64,000 bases of DNA from Chrysomallon squamiferum. Lineage: Eukaryota > Animalia > Mollusca. The DNA lies in assembly GCA_012295275.1 (NCBI GenBank), contig CM022675.1, forward strand, positions 14,136,001 to 14,200,000, written 5' to 3'. Positions 11,701-25,039 of this stretch are shown here, in pieces; positions within the stretch are counted from its first letter, which is position 1; each line of letters starts with the position of its first letter. The position numbers were made by a program, and so were the translations under genes. The notes under the pieces were generated by a model. It was not told the DNA's origin. It did not search any database and was given only the letters and a program-made list of their open reading frames with translations.

Positions 11701-14700
11701 ACAAAAATGTAAGCAAATTCAGTGGCTGAAAATCACAAATAACACAATAAACAATTTCAGTATTTTAATAATTTTGTGTTACGGTACCTTGATACAAATC
11801 TGAACAGCGAGTGGAAATCTCCCAGAGTACGAGACCAAGTGCATAGATATCAATCTGTTTTAAAGAGGCTTCACAGTCACGCAAGTTAACAGCGCCATCT
11901 AGCAACTCTGGGGCCATGTATCTAACTGTACCAACCTGAACCAAAGAAATAAAATGTATCTTTAACACAATTAGTATCATACTGTATCTGTTGTAAACAG
12001 AAAATATGTTGGGGTGGAACAAAAGTTCACAGCATTTTTAAGAGAAATTTGTATTTGTACATGGATTTATTCAATCATAGTGTGTTCCATTATCTTTTGC
12101 CATCCTTGAAACAGCTTCATGATTCTATCTTCTAAGAATTTGTCATTAATTACAGGTGATGAACCTAACTAAACCCTACAAATTTCTGTTCCAACCCAAT
12201 ATATTTTGTATTAACTTTAAATATATATCTTACATCATATTGAATTTATATGAAATATGATATTGTATTGTATCAACCTTAAATAACAAATCTGTATATC
12301 AACTTTAAACACAGTCAGTATAATGCAGAATCAACTGTAGCATGAAGTGTATACCATACTGAAATACATATACAAAACTTTCTCATTTTCCAACAAATTT
12401 GGATAAACCCATAATTAAGATTTCATAACCACCAATCAACAAATCATTTGTGTTTAAATATACCAACTTACTGAACTAAATTTGTTCATGAAAACTAAAG
12501 ATGATTAGAATATTTTACAGAACAACAAGATTAACCCAGAAGAACATGATTAATTTCTTGTCAACCAGATTATTAAACTCCTACTAGCTAATGACAGATT
12601 TTAAACACAGATTTAATTCCCGCTTGTTTCCTACATACATCTGTCAGTGTTGACTGCTCTGCATTCTCTGCACGTCCATTCTTAATCAGCTTTGATCCCA
12701 TCATAGGAATACAAAATCCTAAATCAGCTATGACACAAGTTAAATCTGTCTTCACCAGAATATTTCTAGTGTTGAAATCTCTATGTGCCATTGCTGGTTT
12801 AAATTTATCTGAAAAAAATAAAATAAAATAAAATAATTGATTAAAATCATTAGTCAATGAAAAATAAAATTCATTAGCAGTTGTAACTGAAACAAAAACA
12901 AAGAATGAAAATGATTTGTTTTCTTTGTTGTCAATAAGATATAAAACAACCAATACTGACTCCATTAATGGAGATGCGAGTTAGCACAAATGACAGCTAA
13001 AGACTGAGTCCAAGCATAAGAGAAAAATCTAGAAATCACAAACATGATTTTAAATATAATTTGTTTTGAGGTTGCTGTTGTTGTTGTTGTTTTTCAAATT
13101 GTAAAACAAAAATATAAATAAACAAATAAATAAAATTACTTAGACTGTCATCTTTACCAGCAATTTATAAAGCCAGGATTATGTATTTTTATCACCAAAA
13201 AAACCAGGACATGGATATTTTTTTTAAATCTTTTTTTTTTTTTTTTTTATCACTGATTATATAATCTTATTATCTTAGTGTTACACATTAAATAATAAAA
13301 GTAATTTTATAAATAAGGAAATAAAGAAAATTCCATAAAATATGCACATACCTCCCTTTGTTATATCAGTATGCAAATGAGCCAATCCTGTAACAACGGA
13401 GTAACTCATTTTGCACATTGTTTGCCATGACATGGTGTTGTTTTTAAGGAATGCCATTAGTGATCCACCGGGTACGTAAGTCAAAACTAGAAGATACTGC
13501 ATTGTTCCGTCTTCTCTGAGTCTTTCGTCTGAGCCATAAAATTTGAGTAGATTGTCATGTTCCATGAATGGGTAGGAATACAGGTTTCGTTCATTGTTGT
13601 GGTATTGTTTATGATGCGATAAGTATATTTTTACTGCTACTTCTTCATTGCCTAGCAACCCATGCCATACCTGAACAGAAAAAAATAAATGTATTATAAT
13701 TTACTATTATTAATAATAATTTTATTATGATTATTATTATTATTATTTTTATTATTATAGCTATTTTTATCCATTTATTTACATCACAAAAGAGATTTTT
13801 GTATAATTCATACATAAGAATAGTTAATTCATATTTCACATTAAATGAGTATCTGTTTGGTAATTAACCTAAATGCAACACATTAAAATACATAATTTAA
13901 ACAACTGGCTATCACAGCCTGAAAAAGATTCCTGAACAAAAAATTATAGTAAGAAACAGAAAAACATTTTCTGTTATATTGAACAACAACATTCAGATAT
14001 CTATTTAATACGTGTAATTTGTTTTTGTCGATTTATCCCATTCCCATGACATAAAAATAATTTACAAACAGAAACTCTTTAATAAAGAGACATATGTTTA
14101 CATAATCATGTGATACACAGTTTATTACACTCACCTCACTGTAACGTCCTTTACTGACAACATTGCACAGCTTCAAATCATCAAGATTAAGTCCAGGCTG
14201 GGGAGGTGTGCCCTCCACTATGTTGAGAAAATCCATCGAGGGTCGTTTCTTGGTGACAAACATTCGATAGACAAAGTATACAATAAGGATTATCAGAGCG
14301 ACAGACAACACAGAAACAAGGGAGATAATTATTGTCTTTTCACGGTAGTTTGGATCTGGGACTGGTCGTACTGCAAAATAAAACAGTTTATTTTAAGTTG
14401 TAAAGAAATTAAATTATTGCATCGCAAAATAATGAGAACAAATTACCAAGTAATGATCTTTATATAAAGAGCTTTTGAAGAGAAAACTATTGTAATGTAG
14501 CAGTTAATCTCTACAGCTGAATCTCTTCCAGAATAGTTTAAGAATTCATTGCTCTTCCAACTGAGCTAAAACAGGAAATCCAGCTATTTCTAGTATAAAC
14601 ACTTTAGATTATCAAATGTTACAATAAACACACCTTTCAACTGAAGTGAATTATGAAACTATTTGAAAAACACAACTTGTCTTTATAGTGGTTACAAATG

Positions 14701-14940
14701 TTACATAAATACCTACCTACTAGGAAGATTTAAAACAGAATTTAGAGCCAGACCAGACTGACAGGATAATTCCCACCCAAATGATACCATCACTCAAAAT
14801 TAACATATTTTTAACAAATCTTACTTATAGATTCAAAGTATTAACTATTCTTCCAGTTTTAAATTTACCAAAGAACAAAGTAATAAATACAAATACATTA
14901 ACAAATTTAATAAACTAATACAATGTGCATTATTTCTAAA

Positions 14941-14971
<31 letters not shown>

Positions 14972-17214
14972 TATCACTTTTATTATTATTATTAATATTA
15001 TTAATATTATCATTATTATATTATATATACATGAGTGACATATTGTATTACTTTTATTATTATTATTACTATAATTTATATTATATACATATGTGTGACT
15101 TATCTACCTGGATATGGTGTGTTTTCTGTTGTGTGTAAACTTGGATCATAAACATCAGTGACATTGTCATTGCAGCGATCACCAGAGCAGCAGCAGAACT
15201 TTGCTTCATTGTTGTGTGAGACTCGTTTTGGTGGAGTTTTGGAACGGCAAATGTTTGCCTCACACATATCATTTTCAGCTATCCAACATCCTGAAAATAT
15301 TAAATAAACTGAAGCTATTCACAGGCACTTTGTATTATTTTTTAAGGCATGTGATTTTCAGCTATCAAACATGATGAAAATATTAAATAAACTAAAATTA
15401 CACACAGATCGTTTTAATGATACAGTATTTTTATATTTATATTATACATCTTTTTTAATTATGCAACATGCAGGAAATAAGGACATACAGAATGACATCA
15501 TATTTACAGAGTGTAAAAATGCTTACATGAATTATGTAAAAATGATGTCCAAAAACACATACCATATATACTTGTGTATAAGTCGAATTTTTGGGAGACT
15601 ATATTAAGGTAATATTTTTGGGGGTCGACTTATACATAGGTAATGCTTTTGTAGCTGTTGCTGAAGAGTCGCCATTTTGACTATTTTTTGCTACGGGATG
15701 CATCTAAAATAATCGCGGTCTTTCAGCTTTTCAAAAATATAATTTTATCGTATAAAATTTTTCGAAAAATTAAATAACAAAACCAAATATGAATGTAAAA
15801 CATGATATTCTTCCGTTTAATGACATAAAAATACATTTTAAAGCGAGAAAACCGTCAGTATGGCGTTATGCCTTACGGCATGTTGCAGTGATCTAGGAAT
15901 GCAGACTTCTCTGCCAAATTGCACTAAATATCGGTCCTAATTTCATAAACAAAACTCACTTGTTTAACTGTAAAGAATTTGGTGAAATAATATTGCAATC
16001 GTCATTAATATCCACTACCAACAAATTTTGTAAATCATAGAACAGCTAAATATAACGGTAAGTTAGGTCTCCATGTTAGACCTATTACATTAAAGAGATA
16101 CTATTTATGATACATTTATGCTATAGCTCGATTAATACATGCATTTACGTTATTATGGTATGTTCGTGCAAGTTATGTTACAGTAGGCGTACAATCTAGG
16201 CCTTCATGGCACTGTCACACTGGTCTAAAAATAGTGACGGTGCCTGGAATCTACAGTCGACTTCTACACAAGTAATACCTAAAATGACGCAATTTTTGGT
16301 CTTAAAATACACATCGACTTATACATAAGGTCACCTTGTACACAAGTATATACGGTACACACACAAAGACTCTCTCCTTCAATTTCATTTATTTATTTTT
16401 TATTATTTTTTTTTTTTTTTTTAAATTACCAGTATTTCACAACTCACAGGGACATTTCTTAATGATTTCATGATTCATACTGTTTACATGTACAACAAAA
16501 TGAAATATGAAAATTACATAAAACATATCCTGTTCACATTCATAAAAAGGTTATATTCAAATTTTTATTCAATTATTTTTGTATATCTCAGTCCTTTAAA
16601 AAGTATTTTGAAAATGTTATGTAAATTATTTCAAGATAAAAGATAACCACACTTTCTTTTATTAAATATATGAAAACTTTTTTTTTACAGACAGAAGAAT
16701 AGCATGTGTAAAAAAAAAAAAAAAAAATCTAAGGTATTAGTTTTATATCAATTCCCATTTTTTTATGAATCATAAAGACATTTAGATGAAACAACTGTAT
16801 ACGAAGTGTCATATAAATGATTTTAAAGTTATAAAACTGAGAAGTCTCTCTTGTTCTCTCTATTATATTTTTCACTATGAATCACAAAGATTTTTAAATG
16901 ATATCACCACGTTTAGAAACTTGTTCTAAAGTACTTTTTAAAAATCACGTGAACAGTGTATGACTGTGCCATGTAGTTAATCAGTTTTATTTTAGTTTTT
17001 TCTTCTAACACTGGACTAGTTTTATTTCCAAGTATGAGAGCTGCACACTTCCTGTCTCAAACCAGTTATTTCCGTTATCGTCATCAAGTAACACCATTTT
17101 TACATTTATTTGTACTTCAACAATTTTCTTAACACTGAAATGACTTCTTTTTAACCTTCTGTATTTGTTTATTTTTTCCTCGACAGTGAACTAAAAGACA
17201 CTAATACACACAGA

Positions 17215-17251
<37 letters not shown>

Positions 17252-19227
17252 TTTAAAAATAGGATGTAATGAGAGCAAATAAAAAGCTATCCCATCCAAC
17301 AATACCCACTGAAATATTCACAGATTTTTTTATTCATTTATTAGAATTTATTCATTAATTCAGACATTCAGCTTCCAGATGTTTTCAAAGAAAACGTAAA
17401 CATTAGGTTAATAATTAATTAACATTTCTTTTCAAGCACTAATTAAAGAATCACTTAAATAATCTATGCTGGATAATATTTGTAATCACATTTTCTTAAA
17501 GTGAAAACAAAAATCTTATTTCAAATAATTTTAACCCTGATATATATATATATATATACAAAACTGAAATAACAAGATATTGATAGCATAACAAGCTTTG
17601 CAATGATTGGCAGATGAAATCACATGATCACAAGCAATTTTCGTTGTTAATAATGCAAAGATGTAGTGTTATTTAATACTACTGCAAATATATAAAAATG
17701 GATAACCTAATATTTGTAATCATAAAATATCTGAATCTCACATTAAAGAAATTATTTGATTAGGCTTCTTCAAAAGTGTATGGATGATAAGAAATAGCAA
17801 ACATCAGTTTCAAATCATTATAAAGTAGTATTTCATAGTACAGAAAATTGTCAAACATTCAAACTCATACGACTATTTCTAGTTTTTTGTTTTTTTAGTT
17901 ATCTATTTGTAATTCAAGGAAGATTACTGCATATGTGGACATGCACAGGTGACATACAGAATCATGCACAGAGAATACGATTGTGTAAAATCAAGCAAAA
18001 TTAACAAAGCATCTGTCAAAACATTTTCCCATCAGAAATAACCACTTCCATATCTTTCAAAACATTGACAATCATAAAAAACTTAACAGTGGTAGAAATA
18101 ATAATTATGAATACTAGTTACTAAGTCATCACTGACTAGAAACCAGTTTATTGTTCTGAAAAAAAAATCCTTAAATACTATACTTTATTCTCTTTTTTTA
18201 GTAAAAATCTATAAAACAAATATTTTCTTTTAAACAGAAGAAATAATAAAATAAATATATGTAAGAAGCAACAGATGGGTTTTTCTTTAAATGATGAAGA
18301 AAGATCAATTCTCCTTGGTGGTCCAGCAGTTCAGCTCAAGTGCTGTAGCAAACGTTCTGGTCTATTGAAAGCTACATATAAAAAAAACCACTGCATGAGT
18401 AATCATGGACTGGCAGCAACAGGCTTCCTCTCCCAGACTTAACCATTATAAAAAAAAAAAAGCATTACATCTTTGACACCTAATAACCATCCACTTAAAA
18501 AAAAAAATCCGTCTCAGTGTAGTTAAACAAAAATGCTGTATTTTATTTTCTTTCTGGTGCCATACTGACCAGCATATCAATATTAATGTCTACATCTAGA
18601 GATATTTTGTGTATGGTGTTTCTTTAAATAATATGAAAAAAGGCTGTCAAGAGAGCTTTTCACATCATTAGTGTAACCACCTCTGACGTTCTGGAGTCAA
18701 AGCGGCTTTTTTTTCTCTCTTTCTCTATCTCTCTCTTTCCATTTGTAACATAAATACCACTTTGCTGGTGCCACCAGAATGTTTAAATAAACTTATTTTT
18801 ATTTTATGAAATCATAAATCATATGGCATAAACAAACAATGATTCCAACCAATGAAGACAAATAAAACAAGCTGATGGTTGACATGTGACAGTTCTGGGT
18901 GCAGTGCAAGTCTATGAAGAGAATAGTATTTATAAAACTCAGGCAAAGCTTACATACACCATTACTCTGGAAACCTGATACAGCTACATAAACTGTCCTT
19001 GCTGTCTTCTGGTTCTCACAGTTAATTGGATAAGCAAAGTGAAATAAATAAAAAATAATAGCACAGAATAACAAATTGCTGGATCTACAATCCCGCCAAT
19101 TGTTTGTAAGTTTTCAGTTAAATGGAAAAGAAAGAAAAATTGTGTTAAGAGAGTTCATGCATGCATATATGTTTACTTTTTATGTGTTTACTACTTTTTG
19201 TGTCTGTGTGTGTGTATGTTTTCTGTG

Positions 19228-19271
<44 letters not shown>

Positions 19272-22200
19272 ATAAAACAGTAATTATATATACAGGGTTA
19301 CAAAAATGTCTATTAACAGTAACAGAAAAAATATTTGTAGCTGTAAAGGTAGTATGTTCTAAAAGTGGCATTCATAATGTTAATAAAAAGGCTGGTTTTC
19401 ACAAGAACATTATTTTATTATTCTTGGAGCTGATAGGTCAAAGGATAATTTTTATCAACAAGTGGTTGTGAAAAACAGTGCCTGTCACAGAACAAGTAAT
19501 TCCACTTTGCATCTTAAATCCTTCTGTATGATAACTTTAATAATTTATGTAAACATCAGTTGTGCCTAATACTCTGAGACTGAATAAACTGGGGTGTCAC
19601 TGGTTAATGTCTAGAGTTAACTAATGGCTGTTATAACTAAACTGACATTTTTCTAAATATGCCAATCCTTTCACCAAATTCTTACTGTCAATAAGTGTCT
19701 TTAAACTGAGAGTAGTTGCTACACACAGAAATGCTTTTAATAATCAATTCAGAATTTTACTTCAACAATTCTTATAGACTTATTTTGTATCTTTATCTTG
19801 TCATTATATTTATGTAAGCTATCTATTATAATATAGCTAATATTAGTTACAAATATGTCTTATAACCAATATGGTGAAGTTTCATTTAATAAATCTCTAC
19901 TGTTAAATTCAACATTTGTAAAATAAAATTATTAAAATTTTATTCATTCAGAATGATTTAATCCACAGGTGGTCAGTATTAACAGGTTACCTATGGGAAT
20001 AAATATGGCTGAAATCTATTTAACATAAATAATCTGAATTCTAATTTAAAATATTTCTAATTTATCTATGGATTGTCATTATATGCAGGATGAGTTTTAT
20101 GAGGAATTTTATTCATAAATTACACAACACATACTTTAACTTCATTCCAATTTGGCTTTTTTTTTATAAAAGTAATATATATTTTACCAAAGAAAAAAAA
20201 AAGAAAAAAAAAAAAGAAATCAACAAAATATCCCTCAGTCATAGTGGAGCCAGGCATTATCAAGATTAAAAATATTTACTCAGAGATAAGTTATATGTTC
20301 TGACATATAAAAAACACACAAGCGATTCATTGTGTGGCAATGAAAACACTTGTTTATGAAGCGTGGCTTATCTGGCTAAACACATCGTTTCATTACATTT
20401 TCTGTGTGTAAAAAACATGCAGAATGGAGACATTTTACTCAAGGAGAAATGTTATTTTTACACGAGTTGATGAAAAGTTTATTTTATCAGATCAAGCCAT
20501 GTGAGACAAAATTTCACGTTTGTCTGCCAGTTTTGAGAGAATTTCTTCATTTTCCATATTTAAAAAAAAAATTAAAAAATAACACTGGAGTGGCTGCCAT
20601 ATTTAAAAATTATTTTTGAAAAATGGTACAGCTGCTTTTTATCCTGTGGGAAAGTACATATGAGAATGTGGTTTTCTCTAGGGATTTTTTATATGGTTCT
20701 TTGGTTGTTGTTCTATTTTTATTTTCTTCTTGTTGTTGTTGTTGTTTTTAATTTGTATTTGTTATTATTTCTTTTATTTAAATCAAACTTCTAATTAACA
20801 AATTCTAAATGACAAGTTTTAATATTTTTATTATTGTTGTCGTTGTTATTATTACAAAACGTAACCATTGCACCAGTAAGACAAGAGAAAGGAAAATTAT
20901 TCTAATGACTAATTTCAGAATGCTGACCAGCAGATAACCTCACACCAAACAGGCTTAAGCTGTACAGCAGTGGCATAATGAGACCACTGGTCATTCTTTA
21001 TAGCTGTACAACTTTTCATGTATGTAGGTACATGCACATTTTCAGTGTCAATCATTAAATTTAACAAGCAGTCAAAAAAGAAATTTAAAAAGATGAAGAA
21101 AAAAAAAAAAAAACCAGAGCTGGGAAAAAATTCAAAACAAACACTGTTTTTAATAGTGTAAATCAAATTTTTATTTATTATCTGTAAAGAATCAAGATTT
21201 CTGGGTTATTTTCCTATTATCATCTGTAGCACAGTTTAAATCTTTAAATCTTATCTACAACTACAAAGGAAATACATCTTGCCAATATATATATTAGTTA
21301 TCTGATACCTTTTAGTGATTATTTTATCAGTCTGATAAAAGAATTTTAAATTTAGCTTGTTGATGTTTCAACAGAAAATATATCAGAGTTTCTACATATG
21401 TACTCTATACAGCATTTTTCCATTTTTATTAGGGAAATACCTTTCAAGGATGGATTAAAGAAATTATTAAAAAATAATAATATTTCCTGAACAGAAGATA
21501 TTACTATGGATGTATATCTTGTCAATATTCAATATCACTGCTATCTAATACTATCTAGATACTGAATGTGATGATCTTATGAAACAAATATAGCCATATC
21601 TGATCAAAACCATTTGTGCAACTACAGATAATGTTGTTGTTGTTATTGTTTTGCTGTTTTTTGTTTTTAGAGTAGAATAGACATTAAGAAAATAACCCAG
21701 AAATATGAACTAATTTCTCTAAACAAAATGTTAGTTACACCTTCATAAAACACACACTTATGTGTGTGTGTGTGTGTATATATAGACAGACAGACAGATA
21801 GATACACATGCACACACATACACACAGTCTTATTCTGATCAACCAATACCACCTGAATCTGTATAAGCTATTCTGATAAAAGAAATACCAAACTCAGTTT
21901 ACTGAAAACAACATAAGATCTTAAATTATTTCTCTGACTAGATATGTGAACAACATATGTAATGGATTAATAAAATTTAAAAAAAAAATATGTTTTTTCC
22001 AATGGAAATTATTTCTCAGTATAAATCTTGATAATAAAGACAGTAAATTTCTCAATAAAATAAATTACCAAGAAAATATATCTGAACATTCAAATGCTAC
22101 AAAAGTAAATATTGCTAAGAATAGCTTTTCACAGAGAGCATCAATTTGATCATAAACTATTTAGCAAATATGTGGTGGTTTGATAAAAAAAATGTCAATT

Positions 22201-23705
22201 TCTTGACAGAAAATATCACCAGGAATTCCCAAATAATTTTACAATATCATTCTTATCAAATACTGTTTGGACAATGTATGTCATGGTCTGAAAGATGAAA
22301 TTGCAATTTAGGACCCCCGTTTCTTTCCAGACATCATTAACACTCAACTCAGATTGTCTCTACATCTCTGTAGGTGTAAGACAAGTCATTGTTGGGTGTG
22401 AGCATTATTTTGATCAGTTTCACTGTCTACTCTCAAAGAAATCTTCACACAGCCCACACAAAACTCAATAAGACCAAAGTACTATTTGCCAGACAGAAAT
22501 ATTGATTGAACTTCTGTATTTATAGGCTTCTGATGTCTGTCCTGCTTCAAGGCGAGACTGAATTCCTCCTTGGTAATTAGAGCACAGACAGAAAATTCTG
22601 GCCAATTTACCAAATTAGATGTGTACTGGCGGAAATAAGAACAGACACAAAAATTCAGTTCTGAACAAAACATTTTTTCATTTTGTTATTTCAAGTAAAT
22701 ATTATGTTAAATATTTTTTTACTCAAGTTCAACTGAGTACAATTAGGGTTTGGTTTGTGTACTAAAATGAATTATTTTCCTCATGTTTGTTTTTAATGAA
22801 GTTCAAAATTCTTTGGATGTCATTTGGGGGGGGAGTGCTAAAATGCACTGTTTTCTTTACTTATGTTTTTAATGATGTTCAGAAGATTTTAGATTTTTTT
22901 TTTTTTTTTTTGGGAGGGGTTGGTTTTGGAGGGTAAATGTTCTTTTTAGTTGATTTTTTTTTTTTTTCCTCCAATGTTATTCTGTTTTAACTAATGTTTG
23001 TCTCATTAACTGGAGTTAATTACTTTTCCACAAAAACCTTTTTTTTTAACCTCACCACATTCACTCACTAAGCATTTTTCCAAAATCTGATACTAATTAA
23101 AGTATCCAGAAAAAAAATTGGTGTGGTTTTTATTTTCCAAGAGAATGAACACATGTACTGCAGAAAAAAAAAAAAATAATAATAATAATAATAAACTACT
23201 TTAATATACTGATGCAAAAGTATTTTTCTTTCATTTTATTATATATTATTTGTATTCTTTTTATTTTATTTTTTTTCATTATCTGGTTACAGTTTTTGAT
23301 TTGTAGGGTTTTTTTTTTTTTTTTTTTATTTTATAGTTCCTTGCACCCAGTGCAGCAGAGGATTGAGGCCTTAGTAAGGAAACGTATGTTAATAATCTGT
23401 CTTCCCAGAACGCGAAGTCTTTGATAATTACCAATCAGAGATGCCAAGATTCACAGATATTAAATGACTCTCTGCCACAGCATCAACTAACAGGATTTAA
23501 ATGCTGTTGGTCAGTGTATTAAGGAATTGATTGTTGATGATATTAGAATCAGAATCAAATAGCTTCCACTTACACTTACAGGAATTCTTTTGGTATAAGG
23601 GTTTATGGTTGCAGCTATTTTGGGGGCGGGTTTACAATAAAAATATTTAAAAAAACATATTCTGTTTAGAATGTTTGTTTGTTGTTTTTGTTTCTTTTTT
23701 TTTAA

Positions 23706-23737
<32 letters not shown>

Positions 23738-24267
23738 GCTACTGTTGCAGTTGTGAATGATTCTTTCTTTCTTACTACTTTCTTTTACCCTCTTCACTGA
23801 TCAAACAACAAAAATAAGACCACTTATATCTGAACAAATTTAAATTACACCATATATCAGGAGGTGCCAGATACAGTTAGTAGATTAGCATGTTGGCACA
23901 TTAATCAGACTTAGGTATATCCAAAAAGTTTCAAACTTGCCGGCAGTAACATGGCTAAACAGACACTGACAAATGTTTTTTCTTCCTAGAAGAGACTTCA
24001 CTGCAATATGAGATTTATAAAGATTTCATGACATGATCACAATCAATTACAAATTCTCTCTTAACATGATCACAACTAATTACATATACCTTCGTGGCAT
24101 GACCATAAGTAGTTACAAATTGTAATAATCAGTTATAAATGATTTAAAGGCATCAATAATCAATTGCTCTGATCAGAATCAAAAACAAAAGATTTCATAT
24201 CAATAAAAAGCAGCTGTAATTAATCATATATTAGTGTAAGCATATACTAATCTTTTGGAGGTACATC

Positions 24268-24304
<37 letters not shown>

Positions 24305-25004
24305 TATTATTTACAGAAAATACATATGCAGAAAACAAAAATAAACATTAAATATTTATGCAGAAAGTGGCATTTTTCACTGATGAATCAGAACAAAATG
24401 ACTCAAATGATGCAGGAGTGTCACAGACTTGAAACAATGAGTAAAAGAAAATGTGCTATTTAACTGAAAACGGATTATCACAAGATTCTTCAGCGAAAAT
24501 GTCTTTGATTATGTTTTGCACTGTTACACTTTCTAACAGAATCAATTGTTACAAGCTGTCTAGATCTAAAAGCTCTTTAAATTATCATGAAATTGGTAAT
24601 AAACATGCATACCTCTTTCAACTAGAGCATTACTTCAGTTGTTTGTGTTTTGGGAGGTTTTTTGTTGGTTTCTTTGTTGTGTTTTTTGTTGTTGTTGTTT
24701 TTTTGTATTATTATACTGATAAATATTTAATTGTTTAGTGAACAAGAAGCTCTAAAAATATATATAGTTTCAAGTTTCTTTTCTAGAACTGTATAACTTT
24801 CATTATGTTACCTGATACCAAATAAAAACATGATATCTGCTGTCAGGGTATATCTAGTTTGGTGGTGTTGATATCACATACTGTACCTGAATCATCACTT
24901 TACTATAACTGAATTTGTACTACTGTTGTTACTACTGCAACTACTACTAATATAACCATCACCACACTTAATACTAATACTACTTTTTTTATCTACATAT
25001 CTAC

Positions 25005-25039
<35 letters not shown>

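Noticed and set aside
14500-14575. tRNA-like TAGCTCAGTTGGAAGAGC on the minus strand (also TAGCTCAGTGG at ~5800)
   Set aside because: A-box/D-arm only, with no T-arm GTTCRA or cloverleaf. At most a decayed SINE head.
21240-21900. Cluster of GATA-like motifs in BMPR2 intron 2
   Set aside because: Only modestly above what AT-rich sequence gives by chance; cannot be supported by eye.
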